From Phoronis australis (Eukaryota; Animalia; Phoronida), in NCBI GenBank assembly GCA_002633005.1, contig NMRA01000340.1:62001-126000 (forward strand): a stretch of 64,000 nucleotides of DNA, given 5' to 3'. This document shows positions 51,611 to 64,000 of this stretch, piece after piece. The notes under the pieces were generated by a model. It saw nothing but the letters and a program-made list of their open reading frames with translations, made no database searches and had not been told where the DNA came from. Made by a program: the position numbers and the translations under genes. How positions within the stretch are numbered: position 1 is the first letter of the stretch; each line of letters opens with the position of its first letter.

Positions 51611-53674
51611 CAGTTATATTAGTGGATATCTACTACATATATTCAAAATAGAAATATATGCTGAATGTGAAAAAATCATTTCTACGAAATCCTGCGAGAA
51701 ATGGTCAGCTGTTAGACTGCGAAATTTATTTGTTGTTTAAAATAAATAGATGGACATAAATTAAACATCTAAGAAAATTTAAAAACACACAATCATATCT
51801 GTTAAAATCCATTCTAGTTCAATGATGTCCAGCGAACCCCGGCAGAACAAGTATTTTGGAAAAAAGTCCTTTCTTGGAACTATACTTTAAGAATATTTAT
51901 AGATAAAGCAAAGAAGAAAGATTGAGAACCCTATCAAAATAAAAATCTTCACGATGTCTTACCAAATAAGAATTAAAAAAGGGCCACAGGTTTCAACTAT
52001 TACGTTACGCAGAGCATTCCACGTGTGTGCATGCGTGTGTTTGTGCGTGTGTGTGTGTGTGTTTGTGCGTGTGTGGGTGGGTGTGGCCCAAACGCTTTTT
52101 TGTCAATTCGATTTCTGGGCAATAATTCTATCTGTAGTATTGGAATGAAAACAGTCCAATACAGTTAATATTCAAAAAGGATATTCGAACAATTTGATGG
52201 TCGGCGTCCAAGGTTGGCAGTAACCGTTTACACGACCACAATCCCATTCTTTAAAAGCAAGTTGAGAACTTATTGTGAAACTTATCTTTAAATGATTATT
52301 CACATAAAGCAAGCAGACACATGATTCAATGCCCCCAAGAAACCCATGACATGAAATTCAGTGTCCTTGAACTTGACAACATCAAAAGGAAGGCTGTATT
52401 TTTTTCTCCTTCGAATTGTATCATAATTCGGAGTTGGTACTAACATCCAAATTTCTTTTTGTACAGACAGTATACTACCAACGTCTTTCAATCCCTCCCG
52501 GGTTCCGTGCTTCGAAAATCTTGCCTCGCAACAACAATGACCATCATATGAAAAGACATTTATTAATTTGAAGCAAAGCACGACACACATTTTCATGAAT
52601 CTTATCGTCATGAACAATACAACCGCACGTCAAACATCAAGTATGTCACAACACGTTGGTTTTGAAGAGATACCGTCATCAATACGTCGGTTATATTATA
52701 CAAAACAATGTCAAGTTATTTTGTAGCAACACACATAAGCCTACATGTATAGGCAAGCACCTAACCTTCAAAATTTTAATAATCGGAAAAACCATTCTTG
52801 AAAAGATATTGGATGTAACTATCACATATTCAGTTAACTGACTTGTTCTTAAGTGTAAAAAATGTTCAGTTCCTGGTTACTATGTTCTGAATCCGATCTT
52901 GCGAACAATTTGAAGCGCTTCAAGCGATGTTCTACGGAAATTCAGTTGACATGAAAAGCTTGGTTTGATTGCCTAAATATATCCACAATACATTGAAGAT
53001 AAGATAAGAAGTTGTAAAAGTGCCCTGAAAACATTTGTATCACTTCCCATGCCACTTAATAGATAACTGACAAAATTCTTGAGAGCACCATACGATTGGC
53101 AAGACATCAATTCAAGTGATGGTATTGGCACGGTCGAATATAATAAATAACAATGGGAACAGTCACGGACAAAGTGAATCACAACTATAAGAATGACGTC
53201 TGAGATCCCCCTAAAATATTATGTCGACGTAACAGCGAAACAGGACGCGAGAGAAATAAGTATTGTAAATGAAAAATGTTTTGAATGATTAACTGTTCAA
53301 CTTGAGCCATTTTGGACACCAAAAAACCGACGTTTACTTCTCAACAACGCTGTTGCTATCAAACTAGAACGATCAACATTAACCTATTAAATTATTAAAA
53401 ATTAATTTTTGTATAACAATGACTCAACCCCTCTCTTTCGTTCAATCCCCCTACGGACAGTAACACACGTTCCATAATAACTGAGAAAATTCACGTTTCC
53501 TGGAAACTAAGGCGAAACCATTACCCAGACAAGACAAGGACGAGGTTTCGCACACAAATAGAGGTACTCGCTTGGGAAACAGAATTCTTGTTTGTTATTG
53601 AATGCCCTGTAAAACACCTTCCGTAAGAAAGGGTGACTCTTTCATGGAAGCTCTCTTCAAAGGAGTCCAATTTT

Positions 53675-53732
53675 TAGTTCCAACAGTTTAAAAGATTGGA
53701 TATCTCAATTTTCTGGCTGCACCTCATCACCT
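53675..53732 (-). promoter_or_regulatory. Weak SECIS candidate (5' half only)
   Basis: ATGA-11 nt-AAA spacing and a small ATTG/CAAT apical stem, but the 3' arm pairs poorly. Confidence 0.2.
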
Positions 53733-53863
53733 TGTCAAAAACATAGTCGAGCACACACCGGCAGGTAAGTAACAAGGAGAGCTACCCGATGAACCTATTC
53801 TACCGAAAGTATGGATCAAAGACATTTATTTCAAAATGTTGCTAACAATCTATGAAAGACTAC

Positions 53864-54220
53864 TTAGAGGTTGAACTTTGCTATCAAGTCCTTAATATCT
53901 TCTTGTACGTTTGCTGTTTGAAATCCTGGACTGTATCTTTTAAATGGTCTTCCATCAGGGGTGATAACAAATTTTTCAAAGTTCCACGAGAGGTCAGCAC
54001 GTGTAACGGGCTCCCATATAATGTTCAGAGGATTCGATGTGAATCGAATCGGGTTGTCCTGGGGAAAGGGTAAAGTTTCGCGTAAAAATTTAAAAACTGG
54101 ATGCGCGTTCTTTCCGTTGACTTCTATTTTGGAGAATAGCTTGATGTTCGGCTCAAATCCATTGCCTGGACGAACGTACTTCAAGGAATTCAACATCTCG
54201 TCACTACTCTTGGTATTTTC
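53864..54220 (-). CDS. GPX: Glutathione peroxidase (GPx1/2-type), exon 2
   Basis: TTTCAG acceptor; EN...LNSLKYVRPGNGFEP, EVNG..AHP.F.FL, WNFEKF, PDG.P..RYS. Confidence 0.95.
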   Translation of the reverse strand, partial: ENTKSSDEMLNSLKYVRPGNGFEPNIKLFSKIEVNGKNAHPVFKFLRETLPFPQDNPIRFTSNPLNIIWEPVTRADLSWNFEKFVITPDGRPFKRYSPGFQTANVQEDIKDLIAKFNL

Positions 54221-56916
54221 CTGAAATGTAAATATTTTGAAATGCAAAGCAATGGAAGGTAAAAGTCAACCAAATTTATATGCATTGAAATGCGTATTGT
54301 GTGGTATTATTATTAAGTTGGAACGAGGGTAGAGTTCAATAACGCTAGGACCTCGATAAAAAAGCAAAAAATTGAATTTCTTGATTGCTGGAGGCACATG
54401 ACTATTCCGAAAGTGAGACGTTTTCAAGTTGATTGAGGTCAGTTGTGCATCTATGTCCAATTCACACAACGTTGAATTTTCAAAGTGAAATATAACTATA
54501 ATCAATAAACATTGTGGAATTCTGAAAATATCGCTCTTCATCCTGGAAATTGGGAGAATTGACAAACATACTGGAGACTTCCAGATTATCGGGGAGAGTT
54601 GCCGCTTTTTTTAAAAGTTCTCGGCTGTTCAAACTGAAGTCAGACTAAACAAAAATATTAATAGAACTGTTGCAGCTGCACATACCAACAACGATACTGC
54701 AGTGTGTTCTAATCTTTGCACACTGTCTCCACGACTATAATGCACTTCAGGCCAAAAATATAATTGGTTCTGGGCTCTGTTTTCAGAAAAAAAGAATCGG
54801 TTTTGTTGTACTTTTTAGTTGCTAAACTTTTCGAAAAAAGAAAATCCACCTTGGACGAGCAAAAATGATGCGAGAATTTTTTCACTCATCGCTCGGCAAA
54901 TCATGTCGTTTCAAACTTTTCTTACCTCTGTTTATGTGTTTTAGCGTAGTTTTTCAACAAAAACACTCGGGTCTGACCTTGGCTGAAATTGATACATGAG
55001 CAGAAAGAACTTTTCTGTCTTGGCCTAATCACGAGAGCATTAATTTCATAGTGCCTTATTTTAACTTGCCAACAATATCTTTGGGTGGAAAAATTATCAT
55101 TTATAACGTGTCATTTGCCACAGCTGGCAAGAATGGCACTGCATTACCCAATATACTCGCGGAGCAACGTTGACAATGTTATGTGCAACTCAAGCTTATC
55201 CAGTGGGAAATCGTGCAGCCCACTGCGCATGACGACTGTGAATTCGTGTTACTAGGTAGAGTTCAGTAGCTGTCTCACGTGCTCTCGTTTGAAATGCACG
55301 GCAACATCTCGCGATTCAATTTCTTTTTAGCGAGGTCCTAGCGATACTGGACTCTATCCTGTTTTTTGGCTAGCGTAATATTCAAAAGGTTGGTGACGAT
55401 AAAACGTGAATCACAAATAACTGGTTTAGAAGACGAGAGCGATACCTCTGTTTTAACGGTCGTAACTGAGATGGTCTAAGACAAGAAGTGACTTCAGTGT
55501 TTTTATAAATTCCCTTTGAGTGAAGTTTGTGCTGAAATACCACGCGTACCTGGCCTCGCTTTTAACACAACCATGACGCACAGCTCCGGATTATTGATCA
55601 TCACAGATAAATCGCGGCATTTTAATCCCGTAGGTAATCGACAGAACATTGTCCATCCCTCGTGACATATTAAATAACGTCAATCAGATGCTCTGAATAG
55701 AACATTTGTCAAAGTAGGTCTCAACATGCTTTATAAAAGGCCACGCAGAGCCAAAATCAAGCTCGGTGGGTAACGTTAGCGAAGGTGTTTCTTCAAGTTG
55801 AAGCAAACAATGAACTCCACATGGACTATTCTTCTATCACGTGTGATTAGGAAATCTAACTTGCAAAAATAAAACAAAGCAAAGCAATTAACGGGTGCCA
55901 CCTCATAGATGACACTGCATATGGGGCTTCAAACTCGCGAGCAACTCATGACGTAATAGCTAAAGAAATTCATCTCGACAACACAAAACAGGCATCGCCG
56001 CCAGCCGATGTATTTTCATTTCAACGACTTTCTCTGCTGATACAATATTGTAAACAAATCGTTGGCCTTAAGAGGCGAGGAGAATCCACCCACTAAATTA
56101 ATCTCTTTGTAGAAGTAACAGCATTGTTTATTCTCGCTGTTCGCGAGGCGTGTTTCATGTTTAACATAAAACAGGTTCTTCTTCTCCACTGCTTTCTTTA
56201 AATGCCAGCTTATTAAAGCGAACTAGTCCAATTCCATTATAATGGGCAAATCAATGTATGGCACTCTTTATGCGCATTTCTTACACTAGCTGGTTTCACT
56301 GAATAGAGTTATTGTATGCGCCTTTATTGAAATTGTTTTGAGTATATAATGACATGGGATACTACATAAGGCGGTGAAATGTATTTGAATTAAGATTTAT
56401 ATTTCGTAACTATGTGTGTTCTAGCTATACTCTTTGGTAACCAATCTTAAGATTAAACACACGCTTGTCATTCCATGAAATGATATACCCGTGTTTCAAT
56501 TAAACACTTGTCATAAAAGGATGTCATATAATCGCGTATACGTGTTATCCGAGTGTTAGTGCAACAACTATAACATCGTATTGGCAACGCCTCGAGTTAC
56601 ATTGGAATTTTTAACGCTTGTTACTGAGTTTTTGTCATTCATTAAAATGTTTCAGTTTAGCTTCATAGTAAACTTCCGAGTTTACATATTCCATTTGCTG
56701 TTTCCAACATGTATCACCTATCATTCAGGCGGCTTCGTATCAGTGATGATTGAGCAACGAGAGCTAGCCACAGTGCATAAAAAAACACCAGTCCCTTACC
56801 GGCGAAAGGACAAGCACTCCCAGTTTTCCACTGCCATAGTCATGACCTCTTACAAGACACAATGATAAGAAAGGGTGTCGATCGTTTAATGATCAGGTTT
56901 GCACATGTCTACTCAC

Positions 56917-57159
56917 CTGGTGACCGAACTGATTGCACGGGAACCCCAGGATAACGAGCTTATCCCCGAATTTGAGGTTCAGCTCGTTCATCTGGGTGAA
57001 ATCCCGTGCAGTCGTGTCTCACATAGTCGCTGTATTCTCCACAAGAACCACCTTCCCCTCATACTCCGAGAATTTCACCGGCTGTCCGTGCAAATCGACG
57101 GCAGAAAAGTCAAAAAACGACTGTCGCACCAGCGGACTTTTGGCTGTATTCGAAGCCAT
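56917..57159 (-). CDS. GPX: Glutathione peroxidase exon 1, with in-frame TGA (codon 47, 57021-57019) at the Sec position
   Basis: MASNT...[28 protein letters not shown]...[11 protein letters not shown]|GTGAGT. 81 codons; the spliced product is 199 aa if TGA is read as Sec. Confidence 0.93.
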
Positions 57160-57197
57160 GTTGTTAGTGACAAGTCTTGATTACCGCCACGCGGTCT

Positions 57198-57210
57198 ACC
57201 TATATATAAA
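57198..57210 (-). promoter_or_regulatory. TATA box of the GPx gene
   Basis: TTTTATATATAGG about 45 nt upstream of the ATG. Confidence 0.55.
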
Positions 57211-59052
57211 ACACCTGGCGGTCGATGATAAGGCAATTCTGATGAAACTATTATGCGCCGTGAATGGGTTAGTCGCAGTCACGGTCAAACAAACGAGCCG
57301 TTGAGACTGATTTCAAAACAGTAAGCGTCACATGAAATTAATTACTGCGTTTCTACGGCGACTGGTTTGTGTGACGTTTCATGATAACGTCACGTTGCTA
57401 AACACGTGGGGCCAGCCCTTTTGTAATCATGCGTTGCATTTCATGTCTGTTTTATTTGCGAATTGGGAACAAATCTCGTACTGAGAACATAATGTTAAGA
57501 TCAATATCTTTCCGACGCAAAATTCATGAATTATTAATTTAACCGAAATTGTTCGAAAATCTGAAGTTGTGAGAAACCAGCAGCAGTAAGAAAAGAAACC
57601 ATGGGCGGAGCACCATAAGGGGCTGGGGGGGGGGGGGGGCNACGCCGCCCATGCAAATTGATATAGTAGAAGCGCATACAGAAACATACGAATGAAGTAT
57701 TTTTACAACTTAAATATGAGACCACGACACTGACTTACGTTATACAGTAGGCTACGTCAAGTTAAATGTAGCAAACCAACGCCTTAAAGCTGTCTCGAAG
57801 CGTTGTTGGCCGAACGCAGGTGAAAATCGTCGTGAATGGTTAGGGTCATGTTACAGCCGGTACTGTGCGTTCCTAGACTTCCAGATCAGCCCCACGTGGG
57901 GCCCAATCTACAGAGGTCCCAGGATGGGAAAGNTTCACTCACGGACACGACCATGAAAAATGCCACTTTAATTAAAGGCTTGCGCGGAGATTTTCCTTCA
58001 AAAATTATACATCGTTTAGTAGACCTGTCAGTGCAATCAGACTTCGCCCGTTCCAGATGAGGAAAACACAGTCTGCGGCTCGAGGAACACGCGCTATTTA
58101 AGGGAGCACTGATGTTACTTTTCTCAGCAACTTAGATTTACGTGAACCACGACACGACACATTCACAGTTTGAGAGTATCTTCCTCCGGCCATCATGTGG
58201 TTTGGAAAAGCATTACTAAATCCCAGAACGCCGTGGCCCAGAAACAACATCTGTAGCGTGACCGAGTTGTACCTTCAGAAAGGCAACAAACCCGCGCCTC
58301 AAGTGTCCGGCTTTAGAGAAGAACTTACCGGGGGGTCGTCATTCGGCATCAGACCAGTGCCTGCATCATAAGTTACTTGTCACAGCGGGTTAGTTTCAGT
58401 CGCCAATTAAGCAACATGAACGCCTAGGCGATTTATAAAAAGAATGGATACGAGGTGGCGCTGGAGGAGCCGGAAATGCGTCTGTAAAGAAATTTAAAGC
58501 TGCATTTTGCCCTGTGAAGCTGGCTAAAAACGAAAATCGAAATAGGCCTTTTACTCTCATAAAATCGGTCTCATAATATTGGTTAACGTGGTAGGATTTC
58601 ATTTCTGTTACCAAGTCAAGTCAAAGCCTACATGCACCATTTTCGAGTTTGTAATTTTAAGCCTGCTGTGCGTGAACTTAAAATCCTGATTAATCTCAAG
58701 ATCGCGCAAGGAGTTGAATGTTCATTAAGGCAATCAGGTGAATTTTTTTCAATGAAAATAAGATCTGTAATTATTGATCTCACGATCACCCATTTTCTCC
58801 TTTACTGTAACTTGTGTCACAGAATCGGAGGAATGTGAGAAGCGCTAAATCAATTATCGTTTGGTAAATAAAATCCCAATAATTGAAAAAGGTTGGTTAA
58901 AATTTACATTATTTTAGTAACCTGCAATTTGTTTAATGTAATGCAGTTTTTCATCAACGCATTCCAAGTTCACGCACAGCAGGCCAACCTCAATAAACTT
59001 GGAAGCGTTTTCTTGAGTCGCTAAAGGTTTTGATGTTCTAATTATTGCATTG

Positions 59053-59309
59053 CATGCGCGCTCCCGGCCTAAATATAGGGGGCTCGAAATTTTCAGTATG
59101 TGGACCTTTTACCTAAAGAAAACGAGGTACAACGTTCAGACCTATGAATTGTGCATTCGCGTCGAATTCAATCCTGTGGACTTTTGTCTCGTTTTCTCGA
59201 ACTTTTTGTTTCTCTGAGGCGTACCTTTTTGCTCACTTCGCCAAATGTTGGGGGGGGGGGGGGNGCGGCTCGTTCAAGCCCCGCGAGCCTACCCTTGGGT
59301 GCGCACATG
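59053..59309 (+). mobile_element. MITE family 2
   Basis: CATGCGCGCTCCC...GGGTGCGCACATG. Confidence 0.8.
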
Positions 59310-59907
59310 AATCGGTTGATGTTGTTTTCATATAGCCTACTTACAAACCAACTTACTGTCTAGTAAGCTTTGCTGTAGTTTGAATGTGTCTGCGGCAATA
59401 GTTTTTTTTTTGATAGAAGCGACACAAATTGGAAGAAGCTCCAATGCCCAGCTGTTGATTAGATAAAAACCCTGGCAACAGCATTTGAATAGACGAAATA
59501 TGCCTTTGCTAGTCACGTTCATGCATTTTTTCTCTTTCTGGTGAAGCTGGTCTACATGTTGTACTTGAAACTCACACTTTTTCCAGTCCCGAAGAGATAC
59601 TGGTGGCTTAAGTTTGTTAATCGAGTGGGTTATCTGCAACCAGTAATCTGGTTTGTTTGTGCAGGTGAACGTTTTTGTTTATTTGTTGTGTACCTTTACT
59701 CATCAGCCTAAATCAGAGAAACGCTTGAACTGCCCATGCATTTTATTTAAGCTCATCCACTGGTTAAAATTCAGTTCACGACAGAATCGTGGTGGCTGTG
59801 GGAAATACATGGATATGCAGCCTACGCAATTTATACTATGTAAAAAAAAAACGAAAAGCGCTCAACACGGAGCTTATCAGTAAATTAGTCCATTGGTCTG
59901 GTTCTAC

Positions 59908-60773
59908 CTATTCACTTTCAGCGGCATTGCAGCACAACATTCTTTTCCATCGTGGAGCGACACTGTGGCCCTTGGAAGAGGGGCTTGTGGAAACTTTTGT
60001 ATTGCAGCCATTTTTTCTAAAAGTCGTCTCAGTCAATTTCTTGAAGAAACCCTGTTTAACATCATTAGAGGAAGCTGAGGTGTAGGTGTTCTGCGAAACG
60101 TCAAGGCTGACTGCATCAGAAGATGTCGCATTGTTGGGCAATTCTGCGACACCTGAAGGGTTGCCGTCATCCAAGCGAATGTGTACAACGTCACCTGATT
60201 TGTCGGTGCCAGATTTCGTAATCATGATGTGCTCAGCATCGCGTTGAGGGCTACAGAAGCTTTTTGTGACATGTTTTGCAGGACAAATTGCACTCTGGAA
60301 TAACGCCACGGGACCAGTGGGCTTGACGCTTTCCGCCAGAAGCCGTCCGTGAACGCTGTCTGGATTGTACTGAGTTGGAGATCTAACAATGGTCTCTTCG
60401 ACATCAGTACCGGTTTTCTCTAACTGAGTTTTCTCTGGCTTGTTAGCACTGCATGTAGCCGACATTGGATGATCGCTTCTCTCCAGTAACTGGGGCTCTG
60501 CGGTTTCGCATGCGTTGTTCAGCTCGATTGTTGTCGTCTCGCACTCAATGAAATACTCGATGGGGGCTGTTTGTTTGCGGGTTGTGCAGTTTGCCTCTTT
60601 TCGGCATAACAACTCATCCTGATAGCTACGCAAGTCATTAATGTATCCCTCGTACATTTCCTTTACTCCAATATCAGTCTCTGCGTCATTGAGAGCAATA
60701 GCAGCGCCCAGTACTTCGGCCAACCATTTTTCATCGTCGATGTTTGTGCAATGGTGCGCTACCAAACATGAAG
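59908..60773 (-). CDS. Large terminal exon of an unidentified gene (short helical segment then Ser/Thr-rich tail)
   Basis: ~288 open codons after acceptor CTTTTGTGTGCAG; higher GC than flanks. Family not recognised. Confidence 0.65.
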
Positions 60774-61237
60774 CTGCACACAAAAGATATTACTTTATCA
60801 GTCATTCTCAATACAGAGTAAGAAATACAGCTAACACACCACACTAAACATAGTGTTATACCTTCGAGCAAATTTTCTAATTTCCAGCCTGTAGCCATTT
60901 GTAGGTCCATTATACAAATGATTAATTAGTGATTACGTACAATGTACGTCAACAATAGCACGACGTCACAAATCAAAGACGTCAAATGTCGAAAAAGTCC
61001 CAAAATTTGCGAACTTTTTGTATGACAGTTACCTTGGGAAGATCATATCTTTTCAACTGCGACTTATTCATTTTGAAAATTGGTTATATTTTGTCGATCA
61101 ACAGCTTTTGGGCAATTTTCTTAGATTGTAATAACAATTTTCAACCAATTTTAAACTACTTTTCAAGATGCATAATCTCATTCAATTGTGAATATGCAAA
61201 TGAAGTACTAATTCACAAACAACCCCGGATCCTCCAG

Positions 61238-61626
61238 GGCCCGAAATCTAATGTTTGTACTCGAAACGAACTCGAAATTATTTTTTGGCAATTTCTCTGC
61301 TCCTTTTGTACGAACTCAAGATAAGTGGATATCAGACTGCTCGAATACATTATGGTTTACGCATTATGAGTTTCTAGACCAAGTTTGTACTTGATGACCC
61401 TTATATTCGCGTTACAAACTCGAATAAACATTCGAAATTTCGAGTTCAAATTCGAATTTTTAGCCTTAATGTTGAGTTTAGCAACTGCAAACTGAGACTA
61501 AAAAATTATCCACGTAAGTCATTATGTACTCGAACATAGAATAATAGAGTTCGCACAAAAGTAGAGTAGAAAACGCCAAACATAATTTCGATTCCCATTT
61601 CGAGTAAAAACATTAAAACTCGGGCA
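61238..61626. mobile_element. Harbinger-like MITE, family 3
   Basis: GGCCCGAAATCTAATGTTT...AAACATTAAAACTCGGGCA with TSD CAG; homologous to 41369-41725. Confidence 0.8.
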
Positions 61627-61867
61627 CAGGTCTAAAGCTAAATCTGGATACGTTCATACCACGCCGCGTGCCCACAAAATGAGCCCCTCCCATCGCACGC
61701 GCCTCGAGCGAATCGGACAAAGCTACCAACAATACTAAAATCGCTATCACTACATTCCTCGAGTATGGAAATAACAGCTGGCAAACATTCATTTTGCAGT
61801 GGAAGTGTTTTTCAGTACTAAAGGGCCGCATTACGAAGTTAATTGAAAAAAATAGGAACAGGTAATA

Positions 61868-62126
61868 CATGCGCGCACCCAGCCTAAAAGTGGGGGGGGC
61901 TCGAATTTTTTAATGTGAACTTTTTATTAAGATTCACGGGGTACGCCGTTCAGAGCTATGAATTGTGCATTCAACCAATTTTGGTAGTTTCTTCATTTTT
62001 AAAGGACTTTTGTCTCGTTTTCTACTTTTTTCGGAGTTTTTGTTTCTCTGAGGCGGACCCCTTTGCCCACTTCACCAAAAATGGGGAGCTTCTTCGAAGG
62101 AGCCCCCCCCCCTGAGTGCGCGCATA
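61868..62126 (+). mobile_element. MITE family 2
   Basis: CATGCGCGCACCCAG...CTGAGTGCGCGCATA. Confidence 0.8.
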
Positions 62127-62678
62127 CATTGGTAACAGAACTAGAAACCTATCACGGTAAGGAATGTCATGAGACCGATTTTATGATAGTAAAAGACCTT
62201 TTTTGACTTTTGAATTTTAGCCAGATGAACTGGACGAAATGCAGCTTTTATAGGGATGTCGTTTTACGGCTCAAAAACGCATTTTGGCATTATTGTTGAA
62301 GCCATTACCTTTGATTAGAGTTACAGAACAATAATGTCCGCTGTGTTTTCTGATTTCGTTACAAATCGCCAATTACTGCCGTTGTCTGCCACTTAGTTCA
62401 GGGTCTGCGACCACAAAGGATCCTGTAGAATCCATGCTGCGGCCATTCTCGTAACACCATTATGTACAAGAATATCGACAATACACCAATACAGGTATCT
62501 GCTCTTAACACCGCATAACAACGTCGTAAGAGTGAGAAGTCTGCAGCCTGATTTGCCCGTCTTTACTATACCCTTGTCTCAAAGGAGGACACACCAGTTT
62601 ATTGATCAGAATATTGATATATAAAAATGAGTTGGCATGGTGTTTCTATTTGAGGATGCTATACGTATTGGAACTTAC

Positions 62679-62701
62679 CTGGCTACAAACAGTTTGGAAA
62701 T
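62679..62701 (-). CDS. Possible 23-nt exon of the unidentified minus-strand gene
   Basis: TGTAG|ATTTCCAAACTGTTTGTAGCCAG|GTAAGT; no other support. Confidence 0.2.
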
Positions 62702-64000
62702 CTACACATTTGAAGATGATTTTCATAGATTACCAGCAATTAATACAGGGGTACTGAGAGGTAGACAGATGGATGGGCGAATGGACACACAAACACACAC
62801 GGACACGCAAACACACAGGACAAATAAATTGTATCATTCCAATACAGAACATAAATGACAATAAAGTTAGGGTTGTAATACTGGCACTGATACACTGGCT
62901 TAATTTTCTGTTGATTTTTTACTAGATTTAAAGTTTAGACTTCAACCTCTTCATTAAATTATACTGAGAAAAAAGTTCACTTTGTGTTTTTTAAAAATGA
63001 TTATTCATGGTAAAGTTTCAAAGTTTCGGAAGGCCATTGCTATATGAGGGTTACAATATAGAATGTTGAATGTGTTAATTACATTTCTTTCATACATATT
63101 TTAGGGTACAACTGTCTTGTTATATGGTATTCAATGATAAATGGAATGCTCAAAAAGCCACAGACCATGTTCTTGACATTGTCAGACTTTATCTGACAAC
63201 CAAGGACAGTTTTATCAAGAGCATTGTTTCTAGCCTACTCTATGTAATGCAGTGTTCTCCATGATCAGCAGCAGCGGCAGCGGCAGCAGCTGCGACCTGT
63301 TTGTCCGAACTTGCGAAATGGTTTGTAAATCGATATTGTATACATTATTCTGTAAATACCAGTGTCTCCCACTAGTTGAAGTGATTTACATTTACTCTTG
63401 GCTTACAACCATTATGTGTGGTCTATTTCTCTAAGGCGGTCTCCATGGGCGGTATGCCACAGGAGGCCTGGAAAACCACTTCTGTCACCCCTTTGAGGGG
63501 GGGGGGTAACAACTTAATTCTCCTGATGTAACAATCATTGTACTTTAAGAATAAAAAAATTCCGGACGTTTAAACATTTTCGTGATGTTAACATTTTGCC
63601 AATTCAGGAAATTCTACATGGAATTGTACAAATTAGAAAAGAAGAAAATCAAGTGCCCATAAAGGATAATAGTGTAGATAGTATTTCGTTCCCACAGACT
63701 ATATCAAGTCATGCTAAGTGCATATTTTGTTATATCCCAATTGAAACGCAGAATTAAAGAAGGAATGGGAATTTATGGGTACCACCTGGTGGTGAAATAT
63801 GGAACTATCATTCATAGTGATTTACCGGTATGCTGTTTATACTGTTGTTGAAACTATACATTATCAAACACTAAGTGACTAGGCGTCATGTTCCTTTTAT
63901 CACACATTTACTAACATGTGATAGAAAAACAATAACTGTTTTAAGCCCAAGTCATACAATTTGCCGAAATGGAAACAAAAAGTATAAAGTACCAATTTAA

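Larger units (their letters stand above)
14370..52950 (+). repeat. Tandem duplication array of PAN-FReD gene units (copies A-E)
   Basis: Exons, introns, promoter and spacer blocks recur in the same order (e.g. 26670/40740/52020, 19770/52440, 23050/45590). Confidence 0.9.

Noticed and set aside
14370-52950. Idea that PAN-FBG fusions arose by circular permutation (array starts with exons 2-3 and ends with exon 1)
   Set aside because: Copy E retains both intron-1 and post-FBG spacer homology, which points to internal deletion rather than a permuted ancestor.
53595-53650. Second SECIS candidate (ATGAAAGAGTCACCC hairpin)
   Set aside because: No apical AA at the expected spacing and no 3' GA for the kink-turn quartet.
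57262-57290. Antioxidant response element upstream of GPx
   Set aside because: It reads TGACTGCGA, missing the GC of the TGACnnnGC consensus.
58494-62250. Single 3.7-kb Kolobok element (TTAA|AGCTGC...GCAGCT|TTTA)
   Set aside because: The right flank is not TTAA, and similarity between the two arms seems to continue outside the supposed termini.
63265-63295. (GCA/GCG)n tract as part of a coding exon
   Set aside because: Short trinucleotide microsatellite with no supporting splice signals or recognisable ORF.

Overview
AT-rich, intron-containing animal (invertebrate-like) genomic DNA with three assembly gaps (3033-3376, 9121-10048, 22679-22752). The core is a + strand tandem array of secreted PAN/apple-fibrinogen-related (FReD) genes, each built from a signal peptide+PAN exon, a 25-nt micro-exon and one large FBG exon. 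Three copies are complete (B, C, D), one lacks a visible exon 1 (A), and one is a disabled exon-1-only relic (E). Upstream are a 5'-truncated Penelope-like (GIY-YIG) element and a full-length Gmr1-type Ty3/Gypsy LTR retrotransposon (Gag with SCAN-like region, PR-INT-RT-RH order). Downstream are a two-exon GPx1/2-type glutathione peroxidase with in-frame TGA at the Sec position, and the terminal exon of an unidentified gene. Introns and spacers hold LINE (RTE-X-like) fragments, a THAP-bearing Kolobok-like element and several MITE families (5-bp TSD and CWG TSD). I found no RNA genes or CRISPR arrays. I cannot claim a wholly new system; the best leads are the diversifying PAN-FReD array and the atypical Sec-GPx.
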